Positions 41,176-52,723 are shown, counted from the first letter of the stretch. The stretch is DNA of 64,000 nt from Lachnospiraceae bacterium (GCA_015057035.1 SVFC01000007.1:34674-98673), one strand, 5' to 3'. Made by a program: numbers and translations. The notes: a model not told the origin generated them from the sequence alone.

Positions 41176-42024
41176 TTACTGAACCTTATTAATTGCATCT
41201 ACGATGCAGTCAGCTGGTGCAGAGTCAATGATAACATAATTCACGTTGCCATTTAACATATCCTGTACTGCAAGTGAGCCATTAGAGTTAGGAACACATG
41301 TTACAGGGAAACCTGCAAATCCCCAATCTTCATCACCTTCACAGTAGAGCTGACCTGTGGTTCCCTTCTGAACACCAATCTTGCAAGATGCATCTTTTGC
41401 TTTTAAGATTGCTTCTACGTCTTCTACAGTTTTGCAGTTATCGAATTCTGTACAGTCAGAAGGTACGATAAGCTTCTGAGAAGCATCATAGTAGGAATCA
41501 GAGAAGTTTACATGTTCTTTTCTATCTTCAGCGATTGTAAGACCTGCCATTGCGATGTCGCATTTCTGCTGACCAACTGCAAGACAAACAGCGTCGAAAT
41601 CCATATGTACGATAACTAATTCTTTTCCAAGGTAATCAGCAAGTAATTTTGCGATTTCCATATCTACACCATAGAAGTCATCTCCACCTTCTGTGTATTC
41701 AAATGGAGCGAAAGCAGCATTAGTAGCAACTACTAACTGATCTTTTGAAGCATCCTGTTTTGCAGACTTAACGGCAACAGGTGTACCATTACTGAAGTAA
41801 CGATCACAGATTTCTTCTAAAGTTCCATCTTCTTTGATTTTTTTGATGAACTCATTTACTTTTTCTAATAATTCTGGCTGATTCTTGTCAACACCGAATG
41901 CATACTGTTCTGATGTAAGTTCAATGTCGATAACTTTTGCTGTTTTAGCAGTTGCATTACCGCAAGCAGTTAATGAACTGAGTGCCATGCATAAAGCAAG
42001 TACAAGTGTAATAATCTTTTTCAT
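41176..42024 (-). CDS. polar amino acid ABC substrate-binding lipoprotein (apparently circularly permuted)
   Basis: Lipobox LTAC; VATNAAFAPFEY, GVDMEIA, AGLTI..DRK..VNFSDSYY, IGVQKGTTG. Confidence 0.88.
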   Translation of the reverse strand: MKKIITLVLALCMALSSLTACGNATAKTAKVIDIELTSEQYAFGVDKNQPELLEKVNEFIKKIKEDGTLEEICDRYFSNGTPVAVKSAKQDASKDQLVVATNAAFAPFEYTEGGDDFYGVDMEIAKLLADYLGKELVIVHMDFDAVCLAVGQQKCDIAMAGLTIAEDRKEHVNFSDSYYDASQKLIVPSDCTEFDNCKTVEDVEAILKAKDASCKIGVQKGTTGQLYCEGDEDWGFAGFPVTCVPNSNGSLAVQDMLNGNVNYVIIDSAPADCIVDAINKVQ

Positions 42025-42048
42025 TTTATTTTCCTCCGTAAATAAAAA

Positions 42049-42105
42049 ATGTATAAACTATGTTTGAATGTATATTTTTATGCATAAAATGTATATTTAT
42101 GCAAT
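42049..42105. promoter_or_regulatory. putative ArgR (ARG) boxes
   Basis: aaTGTATATTTATGCAat (42088..42105) fits the ARG-box consensus; further partial boxes at 42069..42086 and about 42050. Confidence 0.5.
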
Positions 42106-42258
42106 CACAATGCATAATATATCACGGTCAATTATAAAATGCAATACCTTTTTTCTTTATTTTATATATTTTTATATTGCAATGAAAAAATGACTGCACT
42201 ATAATTTGAACATATTGAGAGATTACTCAATGGAAGTCTTATTAGGAGGTGCGTATTT

Positions 42259-43245
42259 ATGAGCATCAGAATTGGAATTTTAGGTTACGGAAATCTTGGT
42301 AGAGGAATTGAATGTGCGATTAAGCAAAATCCAGATATGGAACTTGTGGCGGTGTTTACTAGAAGAGATCCAAAGACCGTGAATATTTTACACGAAGGAG
42401 TACAGGTTTATCACGTAGATGAAGCTGTTAAGATGAAGGATAAAATTGATGTTTTGATTCTGTGTGGTGGAAGTGCTACAGATTTGCCAAAACAGACAAA
42501 AGAATATGCACAGTATTTTAATGTGGTAGATAGTTTTGATACACATGCAAGAATACCAGAACATTTTGACGCAGTAAATGAAGCTGCGATGAATAATAAT
42601 AAGGTAGCAATGATTTCTGTAGGCTGGGATCCAGGAATGTTCTCACTGAATCGTTTGTATGCCAATGCAATTTTACCACATGGTTGTGATTATACCTTCT
42701 GGGGCAAGGGCGTAAGTCAGGGACATTCTGATGCCATTCGCCGAGTAGAAGGTGTGAAAAACGGCAAGCAGTATACAGTTCCTGTGGAAGATGCCTTAGA
42801 AAGAGTAAGAGCAGGAGAGAATCCAGCCCTTACTACCAGAGAGAAACATACCAGAGAATGTTACGTTGTAGCAGAGGAAGGTGCCGACAAAGCTCGTATT
42901 GAAGCTGAAATCAAAAATATGCCAAACTACTTTGCCGACTATGACACAACAGTTACCTTTATCACAGAAGAAGAATTAAAAGAACATCATAGTGGTATTC
43001 CACATGGCGGATTTGTGATTCGTAGTGGAAAAACTGGATGGAATGAAGAGAACAGTCATATTATTGAATACAGCTTAAAACTGGATTCTAATCCAGAGTT
43101 TACAGCATCTGTGATTGTGGCTTATGCAAGAGCAACTTACCGCATGAGTCAGGAAGGCATGAAAGGCTGCAAGACCGTATTTGATGTGGCACCTGCATAT
43201 TTGAGTCCAGTAAGTGCAGAAGAACTAAGAAAACATTTATTATAA
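42259..43245 (+). CDS. ddh: meso-diaminopimelate dehydrogenase
   Basis: GYGNLGRG, CGGSATD, DSFDTHA, GWDPG, TFWGKGVSQGHSDAIRR, HGG, SNPEFTAS. Confidence 0.95.
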   Translation: MSIRIGILGYGNLGRGIECAIKQNPDMELVAVFTRRDPKTVNILHEGVQVYHVDEAVKMKDKIDVLILCGGSATDLPKQTKEYAQYFNVVDSFDTHARIPEHFDAVNEAAMNNNKVAMISVGWDPGMFSLNRLYANAILPHGCDYTFWGKGVSQGHSDAIRRVEGVKNGKQYTVPVEDALERVRAGENPALTTREKHTRECYVVAEEGADKARIEAEIKNMPNYFADYDTTVTFITEEELKEHHSGIPHGGFVIRSGKTGWNEENSHIIEYSLKLDSNPEFTASVIVAYARATYRMSQEGMKGCKTVFDVAPAYLSPVSAEELRKHLL

Positions 43246-43277
43246 TTATAGAAAATACAGGGGGCAATGTATAAATT

Positions 43278-44909
43278 ATGAAATGGCAGTCTTATCCAAG
43301 ACCACAATTAAGAAGAGAATCTTATGTGATTTTAAATGGCACATGGAAACTTGATGGAAAAAACATTGAGATTCCATTTGCACCGCAGAGCAGATTGTCT
43401 GGATTCGAGGGAACAGTAGGGGATACTTTAGTATATGAGACTACGTTTTCTATTCCAGATGACTGGCAAAATGACAGGGTAATTCTTCATTTTGGCGCAG
43501 TAGACCAGGTGTGTGAAGTGTATGTAAACAGTATTCTGGTCGGAAAACATGAAGGTGGTTATCTGCATTTTTCATTTGATATTACAGATGCGCTTAAGAA
43601 TGAAGGGGAGAACACTCTTCGCGTGAATGTAGTGGATACTCTTGACAGAAAGTACCCATATGGTAAGCAGTGTAAGAAACGTGGTGGTATGTGGTATACT
43701 CCAATCAGTGGCATCTGGCAGACAGTGTGGATGGAAAAGGTTCCTGTATCTTACATAGAAGAAATCAAACTGACTCCATCATTGTCCGATGTGGAAATCA
43801 CAGTTGTAGGTAAGGTAAAAGGATTTAAAGCCATTGTATCTGATAAGAATGGTGTTGTGACAGAAGAAGCATTTGAAGAAAATACAGGAAAAATCACTAT
43901 TCCAAATCCAATTCATTGGACCGTGGAGAATCCACATCTCTATGATGTCAAGATTGTTGCAGGTGAGGATGCTGTGGATTCCTATTTTGCATTGCGTACA
44001 GTAACGATTGAAAACATCAATGGTGTGAATCGTGTATGCTTAAATGGAAAACCAATTTTTATGCATGCGGTGTTGGATCAGGGATATTTTGAAGATGGAA
44101 TTTATCTACCAGAAAAGGAAGATGAATTTGAAAAAGACATTCTTCGCATGAAAGAATTAGGATACAATACTCTGCGTAAACATATTAAGATTGAGCCAGA
44201 ACAATTCTATTATGACTGTGACCGACTGGGTATGTTTGTCCTTCAGGATATGGTGAATAATGGTGGATATTCCTATGTTTTTGATACGGTGCTTCCAACC
44301 TTTGGTTTCAAGAAACGTAACGATTGCAAGGGTAGATATCAGGAACCAGATCGCAAGGTAATCTTTGAACAGCATATGAAGGATACCCTTCATGATTTGT
44401 ATAATCATCCATGTATTATTGGATACACTATCTTCAATGAAGGATGGGGACAGTTCGAAAGTGACCGTATGTATGAACTGGCAAAATCTATTGATGGTAC
44501 TCGTATCTATGATGCTACATCTGGCTGGTTTGCTCAGAAGAAGAGTGATTTGGATAGTGAACATATCTATTTCCGCGTAGAAGAGCTTCACGCCAAGGAA
44601 CGTCCAATGTTCTTATCAGAATGTGGGGGATATTCTTATCTGGTAGAAGGACATGCTTTTAATCCAGACAAGACCTATGGGTATGGTGCATGCAAGGATT
44701 CCGAGGAGCTTACAGACCGTATTGTTGCTATGTATGAAGGAATGGTTCTTCCAGGGATTAAAGGCGGCGTATGCGGATGTGTATATACACAGCTCAGCGA
44801 CGTAGAAGATGAGATTAACGGAATGTATACCTATGACAGAGAAGTGTGCAAGGTAAATAAAGAAAAAATGCAGGATTTAGCAAAGCGCATTTTTGCAGAG
44901 ATTAATTAG
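43278..44909 (+). CDS. glycoside hydrolase family 2 (cytoplasmic)
   Basis: YPRPQL.R, LHFGAVDQ, SGIWQTVW, LDQGYF, TLRKHIK, FNEGWGQ, LSECGG, YTQLSDVEDE.NG. Confidence 0.9.
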   Translation: MKWQSYPRPQLRRESYVILNGTWKLDGKNIEIPFAPQSRLSGFEGTVGDTLVYETTFSIPDDWQNDRVILHFGAVDQVCEVYVNSILVGKHEGGYLHFSFDITDALKNEGENTLRVNVVDTLDRKYPYGKQCKKRGGMWYTPISGIWQTVWMEKVPVSYIEEIKLTPSLSDVEITVVGKVKGFKAIVSDKNGVVTEEAFEENTGKITIPNPIHWTVENPHLYDVKIVAGEDAVDSYFALRTVTIENINGVNRVCLNGKPIFMHAVLDQGYFEDGIYLPEKEDEFEKDILRMKELGYNTLRKHIKIEPEQFYYDCDRLGMFVLQDMVNNGGYSYVFDTVLPTFGFKKRNDCKGRYQEPDRKVIFEQHMKDTLHDLYNHPCIIGYTIFNEGWGQFESDRMYELAKSIDGTRIYDATSGWFAQKKSDLDSEHIYFRVEELHAKERPMFLSECGGYSYLVEGHAFNPDKTYGYGACKDSEELTDRIVAMYEGMVLPGIKGGVCGCVYTQLSDVEDEINGMYTYDREVCKVNKEKMQDLAKRIFAEIN

Positions 44910-44935
44910 TTTATTCATATAACAAAATAGAAAAT

Positions 44936-44969
44936 GAAAAAAGACTCGCACCCCTGCGAGTCTTTTTTC
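44936..44969. terminator. bidirectional terminator
   Basis: gaaaaaagactcgca-cccc-tgcgagtcttttttc perfect inverted repeat. Confidence 0.85.
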
Positions 44970-44999
44970 GTCATCTAAAGATAATTTAAGTAAGAAGCG

Positions 45000-45368
45000 T
45001 TAACATTTCTTATCGAAATGTTTTTTTAGTGCTTCGAAACTTTCAGGACTAATAACGTGCTCCATACGGCAGGCATCTTCAGCCGCAATATCTTCTGGAA
45101 CACCAAGGGATACCAGAAAATGGGTAATTGTCTCATGACGCTCATAAACCATATCTGCAATGGCACGTCCGCTTTCTGTTAAGGTAATATATCCTGCATT
45201 AGAAACCACAATATGTTCTTTTTCGCGGAGCTGCTTCATAGCAACGCTGACACTTGATTTTTTAAAGCCCAATTCATTGGCAATATCTACTGCACGAACT
45301 ACTGGCAATGTTTTGCTAAGCATCAGTATGGTTTCTAAATAGTTTTCCGCTGATTCGTTGTAATGCAT
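45000..45368 (-). CDS. DtxR/MntR-family metal-dependent regulator
   Basis: ESAENYLETI, VRAVDIA, SSVS.A, YERH, AEDACRMEH.IS. Start MHYNES. Confidence 0.9.
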   Translation of the reverse strand: MHYNESAENYLETILMLSKTLPVVRAVDIANELGFKKSSVSVAMKQLREKEHIVVSNAGYITLTESGRAIADMVYERHETITHFLVSLGVPEDIAAEDACRMEHVISPESFEALKKHFDKKC

Positions 45369-45582
45369 TGCAATTCCCCCAAACTTCCATCTATGTCTTT
45401 TGAGTATATCATAGGGAAGCATAAATTTCAAACAAAACCTAGATTCTTATGTTGATATAAGGGTGGGTTATGGAATTTATAAAAAAGTAAAATAGCCGGT
45501 TATATTGAAATAAAAATCTACTTGATTTATTATAGTATCAATAACTTTAGATACGTACGGGGTACGGGAAAGAGGAAAACGT

Positions 45583-46683
45583 ATGATTTGTAAAATTGGT
45601 GTTATTGCAGGTGACGGAATTGGCCCAGAAATTGTAGCAGAGGCCCAGAAGGTGCTAGATGCTGTTGGAGCAAAATACGGTCACACTTTTGAATATACAG
45701 ATATTTTAATGGGAGGCTGTTCTATTGATGCCACAGGAGTACCGCTTACAGATGAAGCTATTGCAGCAGCTAAGGCATCGGATGCAGTGCTGATGGGTTC
45801 TATTGGTGGTAATACATCCACATCACCTTGGTACAAACTTCCGCCAAACCTTCGTCCAGAAGCAGGGCTTCTTAAGATTCGTAAGGCATTGAATTTATTT
45901 GCGAACTTAAGACCTGCATATTTATATGAAGAATTAAAGGCGGCCTGTCCACTTCGTGATGACATCATCGGTGACGGTTTTGATATGATGATTATGAGAG
46001 AATTAACAGGAGGTCTCTATTTTGGAGACAGATACACCAAGGAAGTTGATGGTGTAATGACAGCTTGCGATTCTCTGACTTATACAGAAGAAGAAATTCG
46101 TAGAATTGCCATTCGTGGTTTCGACATCGCTATGAAACGTAGAAAAAAAGTAACTTCCGTGGATAAAGCCAACGTGTTAGATTCCTCCAGACTTTGGAGA
46201 AAAGTAGTCGAAGAAGTGGCCAAGGATTATCCAGAAGTTACATATGAGCATATGTTAGTTGATAACTGTGCAATGCAGTTGGTAAAGAATCCTGCTCAGT
46301 TTGATGTCATTTTAACCGAGAATATGTTTGGTGACATCTTATCAGACGAAGCTAGTATGGTAACTGGTTCCATCGGAATGTTATCTTCAGCAAGTTTGAA
46401 TGACACCAAATTTGGTCTCTATGAGCCAAGTGGCGGTTCTGCACCAGACATTGCAGGACTTGGTATTGCGAATCCAATCGCAACCATTCTGAGTGCAGCG
46501 ATGATGCTTCGTTACAGCTTTGACTTAGATAAAGAAGCAGACGCTGTGGAAGCGGCAGTGAAACAGGTGTTAAAAGAAGGCTATCGCACCGGCGACATTA
46601 TGCCACAGAATGGTGAGAGCACAGATGGCATCACCAAGGTTGGTACAGTACAGATGGGTAGCTTGATTGCAGAGAGAGTTTAG
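45583..46683 (+). CDS. leuB: 3-isopropylmalate dehydrogenase
   Basis: [59 protein letters not shown]. Confidence 0.96.
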   Translation: MICKIGVIAGDGIGPEIVAEAQKVLDAVGAKYGHTFEYTDILMGGCSIDATGVPLTDEAIAAAKASDAVLMGSIGGNTSTSPWYKLPPNLRPEAGLLKIRKALNLFANLRPAYLYEELKAACPLRDDIIGDGFDMMIMRELTGGLYFGDRYTKEVDGVMTACDSLTYTEEEIRRIAIRGFDIAMKRRKKVTSVDKANVLDSSRLWRKVVEEVAKDYPEVTYEHMLVDNCAMQLVKNPAQFDVILTENMFGDILSDEASMVTGSIGMLSSASLNDTKFGLYEPSGGSAPDIAGLGIANPIATILSAAMMLRYSFDLDKEADAVEAAVKQVLKEGYRTGDIMPQNGESTDGITKVGTVQMGSLIAERV

Positions 46684-46768
46684 TTGTAGAACAGGAAGAC
46701 TTGTAGTAAAATAATAGATGTTGTTTTGATGAAAGTTGAGACCGAGATTAGAGAAAAGAGGATAAATC

Positions 46769-48433
46769 ATGAGAAGTGATAATGTAAAAGCAGGAATGCA
46801 GCAGGCTCCACATCGAAGCCTTTTCAATGCTTTAGGATTTACAGAAGAAGAAATGAAAAAACCTATGGTAGGTATCGTTAGTTCCTATAACGAAATCGTG
46901 CCAGGACATATGAACTTAGATAAGATTGTAAACGCAGTAAAACTTGGTGTAGCAGAAGCAGGCGGAGTACCAGTCGTATTCCCTGCTATTGCAGTATGTG
47001 ATGGTATCGCCATGGGACATGTGGGAATGAAATATTCTCTTGTAACCAGGGATTTAATTGCGGATTCCACAGAAGCTATGGCGCTTGCACATCAGTTTGA
47101 TGCTTTAGTTATGGTTCCAAACTGTGACAAGAATGTACCAGGTTTACTTATGGCAGCAGCGCGTATCAACGTACCAACCGTATTTGTATCGGGTGGTCCA
47201 ATGCTAGCAGGTAAAGTTAAAGGATGTAAAACAAGTCTTTCTTCTATGTTTGAAGCAGTAGGTTCTTATGCTGCAGGAACAATGACAGAAGAAGACGTTA
47301 GGGAATACGAAGAGAAGGCATGTCCAACCTGTGGTTCCTGCTCAGGAATGTACACCGCTAACTCTATGAACTGTCTTACAGAAGCCCTTGGTATGGGACT
47401 TGGTGGAAATGGCACGATTCCAGCTGTATACTCTGACAGAATTCGCCTTGCAAAACACGCAGGTATGGCAGTTATGGATCTCTATAACAAGAATATCCGA
47501 CCAAGAGATATTATGACAAAAGAATCCATTATCAATGCGTTAACTGTAGATATGGCATTAGGATGTTCTACAAACTCAATGCTTCATTTACCAGCAATTG
47601 CTCATGAGATTGGATTTGACTTTGATATTGAATTTGCCAACCCAATCAGCGAAAAAACACCAAACCTTTGCCACTTGGCGCCAGCAGGACATACCTATAT
47701 GGAAGACTTAAATGAAGCAGGTGGTGTATACGCAGTTATGAAACAGCTTGCTGATGCAGGACTTCTTAACACAGACTGTATGACAGTAACTGGTAAGACA
47801 ATTGGCGAAAACATTAAGTATGCAGTAAACAAGAATCCAGAGGTTATCAGACCAATGGATAATCCATATAGCAAAACAGGTGGCCTTGCAGTATTAAAAG
47901 GGAACCTTGCACCAGACGGCAGTGTCGTAAAACGTTCTGCAGTAGTAGATGAAATGATGGTACACGAAGGACCAGCCAGAGTATTTGATTGTGAAGAAGA
48001 TGCAATTGCAGCAATCAAAGGAGGTAAAATCGTAGCAGGAGACGTAGTAGTTATCCGTTACGAAGGACCAAAAGGTGGCCCTGGTATGAGAGAGATGTTA
48101 AACCCAACTTCTGCAATTGCAGGTATGGGACTTGGAAGTTCGGTAGCTTTGATTACAGACGGACGTTTCTCAGGTGCTTCCCGTGGCGCATCCATCGGAC
48201 ACGTTTCTCCAGAAGCGGCAGTTGGTGGTCCAATTGCTCTGATTGAAGAAGGAGATATTATCAAGATTAATATTCCAGAGATGAAACTGGATGTGGCAGT
48301 TTCTGACGAAGAGATGGCAGCACGTCGTGCCAACTGGCAGCCTCGTGAACCAAAAGTAACCACAGGATACTTAAAGAGATATGCATCTATGGTTACATCT
48401 GGCAATAGAGGAGCTGTACTTGAGATTAAGTAG
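46769..48433 (+). CDS. ilvD: dihydroxy-acid dehydratase
   Basis: [62 protein letters not shown]. Confidence 0.97.
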   Translation: MRSDNVKAGMQQAPHRSLFNALGFTEEEMKKPMVGIVSSYNEIVPGHMNLDKIVNAVKLGVAEAGGVPVVFPAIAVCDGIAMGHVGMKYSLVTRDLIADSTEAMALAHQFDALVMVPNCDKNVPGLLMAAARINVPTVFVSGGPMLAGKVKGCKTSLSSMFEAVGSYAAGTMTEEDVREYEEKACPTCGSCSGMYTANSMNCLTEALGMGLGGNGTIPAVYSDRIRLAKHAGMAVMDLYNKNIRPRDIMTKESIINALTVDMALGCSTNSMLHLPAIAHEIGFDFDIEFANPISEKTPNLCHLAPAGHTYMEDLNEAGGVYAVMKQLADAGLLNTDCMTVTGKTIGENIKYAVNKNPEVIRPMDNPYSKTGGLAVLKGNLAPDGSVVKRSAVVDEMMVHEGPARVFDCEEDAIAAIKGGKIVAGDVVVIRYEGPKGGPGMREMLNPTSAIAGMGLGSSVALITDGRFSGASRGASIGHVSPEAAVGGPIALIEEGDIIKINIPEMKLDVAVSDEEMAARRANWQPREPKVTTGYLKRYASMVTSGNRGAVLEIK

Positions 48434-48514
48434 TTTAGAGAAAGGAATCCAAACTGTTCCAAAGAACCTGGAATACATATTAGAGGATGGGACGGTTTGG
48501 AGTTGTTATTAGAT

Positions 48515-50194
48515 ATGACACTTACAGGTTCACAGATTATTATAGAATGTTTAAAAGAACAAGGTGTAGATACCGTATTTGGTTATCCGGGCGGAGCAAT
48601 TTTAAATGTCTATGATGCTATTTATCAGCAAAATGATATAAAGCATGTTCTGACTTCTCATGAACAGGGTGCATCCCACGCAGCGGATGGATACGCAAGA
48701 AGTACAGGAAAAGTTGGTGTATGTTTTGCAACTAGTGGACCGGGAGCAACAAACCTGGTAACAGGAATTGCAACGGCATATATGGACTCTGTACCTATGG
48801 TGGCAATCACCTGTAACGTAACCTTGCCACTGCTTGGCAAGGACAGTTTCCAGGAGATTGACATTGCAGGCATTACAACACCAATTACAAAGCATAACTT
48901 CATTGTAAAAGATGTGGAAAATCTTGCAGCAACCATTCGTAGAGCGTTTAAGATTGCAAGAAAAGGTCGTCCAGGCCCAGTGCTTGTGGATATTCCAAAA
49001 GACGTAACAGCAGCTAAATGCGAATATGAACCACAAGAGGTGGAATTACCAGCAAGAGTTTCTCATACAATTAAAGATGAGGATATCGAGAGAGCACTTC
49101 GAAGAATCAGAAAGGCCAAGAAACCATTTATTTTCGTAGGTGGTGGCGCAGTAATTTCAGAAGCAAGCGAAGAACTTCGCAAGTTCGTTGATCTGGTAGA
49201 TGCTCCGGTGTGTGATACCTTAATGGGAAAAGGTGCATTTGATGGCACAGATGAACGATATACAGGAATGCTCGGTATGCATGGAACCAAGACTTCAAAC
49301 CTTGGCGTAAGTGAATGTGATTTGCTGATTGCCATTGGTTCTCGTTTTTCTGACAGGGTTTTGGGTAATCCTAAGAAATTTGCCCATCAGGCAAAGATTT
49401 TACATATAGATGTGGATCCAGCAGAGATTAATAAGAATGTGATTGCGGATGCAGCCGTTATCGGAGATGTAAAAGAGGTTCTTACGAGACTCAATGAAAA
49501 GCTTCCACATTATGAGCATACGGAATGGATGGAGCATATCAAGGAATACAAGGCAAAATATCCGCTTTCCTATAATCCAAAAGGGTTAAGTGGTCCATAT
49601 ATTATTGAACAGATTTATAATATGACCCGTGGAGATGCTATTATGGTTACGGAAGTAGGGCAACATCAGATGTGGGCAGCACAGTATTATAAATATAAAA
49701 ACCCAAGAACACTTCTTTCTTCTGGTGGTCTTGGAACTATGGGATATGGCCTTGGAGCAGCCATTGGTGCCCAGATGGCGAACCCAGAGAAGCAGGTGAT
49801 TAACATTGCAGGCGACGGCTGTTTCCGTATGAATATGAATGAACTGGCTACTGCCAGTCGTCAGAAATTGCCACTCATAGAGGTAATTATGAACAACCAT
49901 GTGTTAGGAATGGTTCGTCAGTGGCAGACATTATTCTATGAACAGCATTATTCAGCGACCATATTGGATGATGGTGTGGATTTTGTAAAACTTGCAGAAG
50001 CAATGGGATGTGAGGCACGTCGTGTTACAAATCGTGAAGAGTTCCGTGAGGCCCTTAAAGAAGCTTTAGGATGCAAAGTACCATTTGTGATTGATTGTAT
50101 CATTGATTCGGACGATAAGGTTTGGCCAATGGTAGCACCAGGAAGTCCAATTAACGAGGCATTTGATGCTTCTGACGTAGCAAATAATTCGTAA
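48515..50194 (+). CDS. ilvB: acetolactate synthase large subunit
   Basis: FGYPGGA, HEQGA.HAADGYAR, TSGPGATN, VGQHQMWAAQ, GTMGYG, GDG..RMN, GMVRQWQ. Confidence 0.95.
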   Translation: MTLTGSQIIIECLKEQGVDTVFGYPGGAILNVYDAIYQQNDIKHVLTSHEQGASHAADGYARSTGKVGVCFATSGPGATNLVTGIATAYMDSVPMVAITCNVTLPLLGKDSFQEIDIAGITTPITKHNFIVKDVENLAATIRRAFKIARKGRPGPVLVDIPKDVTAAKCEYEPQEVELPARVSHTIKDEDIERALRRIRKAKKPFIFVGGGAVISEASEELRKFVDLVDAPVCDTLMGKGAFDGTDERYTGMLGMHGTKTSNLGVSECDLLIAIGSRFSDRVLGNPKKFAHQAKILHIDVDPAEINKNVIADAAVIGDVKEVLTRLNEKLPHYEHTEWMEHIKEYKAKYPLSYNPKGLSGPYIIEQIYNMTRGDAIMVTEVGQHQMWAAQYYKYKNPRTLLSSGGLGTMGYGLGAAIGAQMANPEKQVINIAGDGCFRMNMNELATASRQKLPLIEVIMNNHVLGMVRQWQTLFYEQHYSATILDDGVDFVKLAEAMGCEARRVTNREEFREALKEALGCKVPFVIDCIIDSDDKVWPMVAPGSPINEAFDASDVANNS

Positions 50195-50362
50195 AAAAGT
50201 ATTGTGCAGATACAGAAAATAAAATAAGCGGGGACGATAGAAACGTAAGACAAAAGTCCCTGCAATTTTATAACCAACAAACTTTAATGCAACAAAGCGT
50301 TAAAATGATAAAGATTTCCAAATATTATGAAAAAACAAAAAAGAAACAGGAGGTAATTGGAA

Positions 50363-51445
50363 ATGAGTAGAGTGTATAATTTCTCAGCAGGACCTGCAGT
50401 TTTACCAGAAGAGGTATTACGTGAAGCTGCAGAAGAAATGATGGATTACAGAGGTTGTGGAATGTCGGTTATGGAGATGAGTCATCGCTCGAAAGTTTTC
50501 GATGAAATCATCAAAGAAGCAGAAGCAGATTTAAGAGAGCTGATGAATATTCCGGATAATTACAAAGTTCTTTTCTTACAGGGTGGTGCATCCCAGCAGT
50601 TTGCAGCAGTACCAATGAACCTGATGAAAAACAAAAAAGCAGGCTACATTATTACAGGTCAGTGGGCTAAGAAAGCATATCAGGAAGCAAAACTTTTCGG
50701 TGAGGCAGTAGAACTGGCTTCTTCCGCAGACAAGACATTTTCTTATATCCCAGATTGTAGTGATTTGCCAATCACAGAAGATATGGACTATGTATATATC
50801 TGTGAAAATAATACCATCTATGGTACCAAGTTCAAAGAACTTCCAAATACAAAGGGCAAAGACTTGGTAGCAGACGTTTCATCCTGCTTCTTATCAGAAC
50901 CAGTTGATGTATCAAAATACGCAATCATCTACGGTGGCGTTCAGAAAAATGTAGGCCCAGCAGGTGTGGTAATTGCCATCATTCGTGAAGATTTAATTAC
51001 AGATGATGTTTTACCAGGAACACCAACGATGCTGAAATATAAAACACAAGCCGACAATGATTCTCTGTACAACACACCACCTTGCTATGGCATCTATATC
51101 TGTGGCAAAGTATTCAAATGGATTAAGAATATGGGCGGCCTTGAAGTAATGAAGCAGAAGAATGAAGAAAAGGCTAAGATTCTCTATGATTTCTTAGACG
51201 AAAGCAAGATGTTCAAAGGCACGGTTGCTCCAGAAGATCGTTCCCTTATGAATGTGCCATTTGTAACGGGTAATGATGAACTGGATGCCAAATTTGTAAA
51301 AGAAGCAAAAGCCGCTGGCTTTGAAAACCTGAAGGGACACCGTAGCGTTGGCGGAATGAGAGCATCTATCTATAACGCAATGCCAAAAGAAGGTGTAGAA
51401 AAATTAGTTGCATTTATGAAGAAGTTCGAGGAAGAGAATGCGTAA
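50363..51445 (+). CDS. serC: phosphoserine aminotransferase
   Basis: YNFSAGPA, EMSHRS, LQGGAS.QF, QKNVGPAG, NTPP, KGHRSVGGMRASIYN. Confidence 0.96.
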   Translation: MSRVYNFSAGPAVLPEEVLREAAEEMMDYRGCGMSVMEMSHRSKVFDEIIKEAEADLRELMNIPDNYKVLFLQGGASQQFAAVPMNLMKNKKAGYIITGQWAKKAYQEAKLFGEAVELASSADKTFSYIPDCSDLPITEDMDYVYICENNTIYGTKFKELPNTKGKDLVADVSSCFLSEPVDVSKYAIIYGGVQKNVGPAGVVIAIIREDLITDDVLPGTPTMLKYKTQADNDSLYNTPPCYGIYICGKVFKWIKNMGGLEVMKQKNEEKAKILYDFLDESKMFKGTVAPEDRSLMNVPFVTGNDELDAKFVKEAKAAGFENLKGHRSVGGMRASIYNAMPKEGVEKLVAFMKKFEEENA

Positions 51446-51459
51446 GGAGGATAAGGAAG

Positions 51460-52623
51460 ATGTATAAATATAATTGTCTTAACCCTATCGCTGATGTGGG
51501 TTTAAATCTTTTTTCTGGCGAGTATACAAAAACAGATAGTATAATGGACGCAGACTGTGCGCTGGTAAGAAGCGCTTCCATGCATGACATGGAACTGGGC
51601 GATACTGTTCTTGCGGTAGCAAGAGCCGGTGCAGGCGTTAACAATATTCCTCTGGACGTCTGTGCCGAAAAAGGTATCGTGGTATTCAATACTCCAGGTG
51701 CCAATGCCAACGGTGTAAAAGAACTGGTGCTTGCAGCTATGCTTTATGCATCCCGTGATCTAGTTGGTGGTATCGAATGGTGTATTGCCAATAAGGATGA
51801 TGAGAACATTGCCAAAACTGCAGAAAAAGAAAAGAAAAACTTCGCAGGAACAGAAATCTCTGGTAAGAAACTGGGTGTCATCGGTCTTGGTGCTATTGGC
51901 GTTCTTGTGGCAAATGCAGCGACAAACCTTGGTATGGAAGTTTATGGCTATGACCCATATATTTCTGTAAATGCCGCTTGGAGTTTATCTGGTACTGTAA
52001 AACACATCAGTAACATTGATGACATTTACAGAGAATGTGATTTTATCTCAATTCATGTTCCACTTTTGGATTCTACCAAGAAAATGGTGAATGCAGATGC
52101 AATCGCTAAGATGAAACCAAACGCAGTGGTATTAAACTTCGCAAGAGATTTATTGGTAGACGAAGAAGCAATGGTGGCTGCTTTGGCAGAAGGTAAAGTA
52201 CATAAATATGTAACAGACTTTGCGAATCCTACTGTAGTGGGGGCAAAAGGTTGTATCGTAACACCACATTTGGGAGCATCTACCGCAGAGTCAGAAGACA
52301 ACTGCGCAATTATGGCAGTACGTGAGCTTCGTGACTACTTAGAAAACGGTAACATCGTACATTCTGTGAACTATCCAGATTGTAGTATGGGTGCTTGTGT
52401 AACCGCAGGAAGAATTGCAATCTTACACAAGAATGTCAAAGGTATGATTAGCCAGTACTCAACCATTTTAGGGGATGCGGATGTCAACGTAGCAGATATG
52501 ACTAATAAGGCAAAGGGCGAATATGCCTATGCGTTAATTGACGTGGATTCTCCAATTAGTGATGCTGTATTGGAAGAGTTGGCTGCAATTGAGGGCGTGT
52601 TGCGAGTAAGAAAAATAAAATAA
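51460..52623 (+). CDS. serA: D-3-phosphoglycerate dehydrogenase with ACT domain
   Basis: RAGAGVNNIP, NTPGANAN, GLGAIG, HVP, NFAR, TPHLGAST.E.E; follows serC. Confidence 0.9.
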   Translation: MYKYNCLNPIADVGLNLFSGEYTKTDSIMDADCALVRSASMHDMELGDTVLAVARAGAGVNNIPLDVCAEKGIVVFNTPGANANGVKELVLAAMLYASRDLVGGIEWCIANKDDENIAKTAEKEKKNFAGTEISGKKLGVIGLGAIGVLVANAATNLGMEVYGYDPYISVNAAWSLSGTVKHISNIDDIYRECDFISIHVPLLDSTKKMVNADAIAKMKPNAVVLNFARDLLVDEEAMVAALAEGKVHKYVTDFANPTVVGAKGCIVTPHLGASTAESEDNCAIMAVRELRDYLENGNIVHSVNYPDCSMGACVTAGRIAILHKNVKGMISQYSTILGDADVNVADMTNKAKGEYAYALIDVDSPISDAVLEELAAIEGVLRVRKIK

Positions 52624-52723
52624 TGTGTGCATACAATTTCTATACAAGCATAGGAAATATCTCTTGATTTTCGAAAAAACAAGAGTAAAATAATAAGAAA
52701 AACGAAAGAAGAGGTATAATTTT

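Noticed and set aside
48515-50194. ilvB without an adjacent ilvN
   Set aside because: The small subunit is commonly encoded elsewhere; its absence from this window is uninformative.
50195-50356. Riboswitch or T-box leader upstream of serC (gggac...gtccc pairing)
   Set aside because: No T-box or known aptamer consensus was recognised; only short stems.
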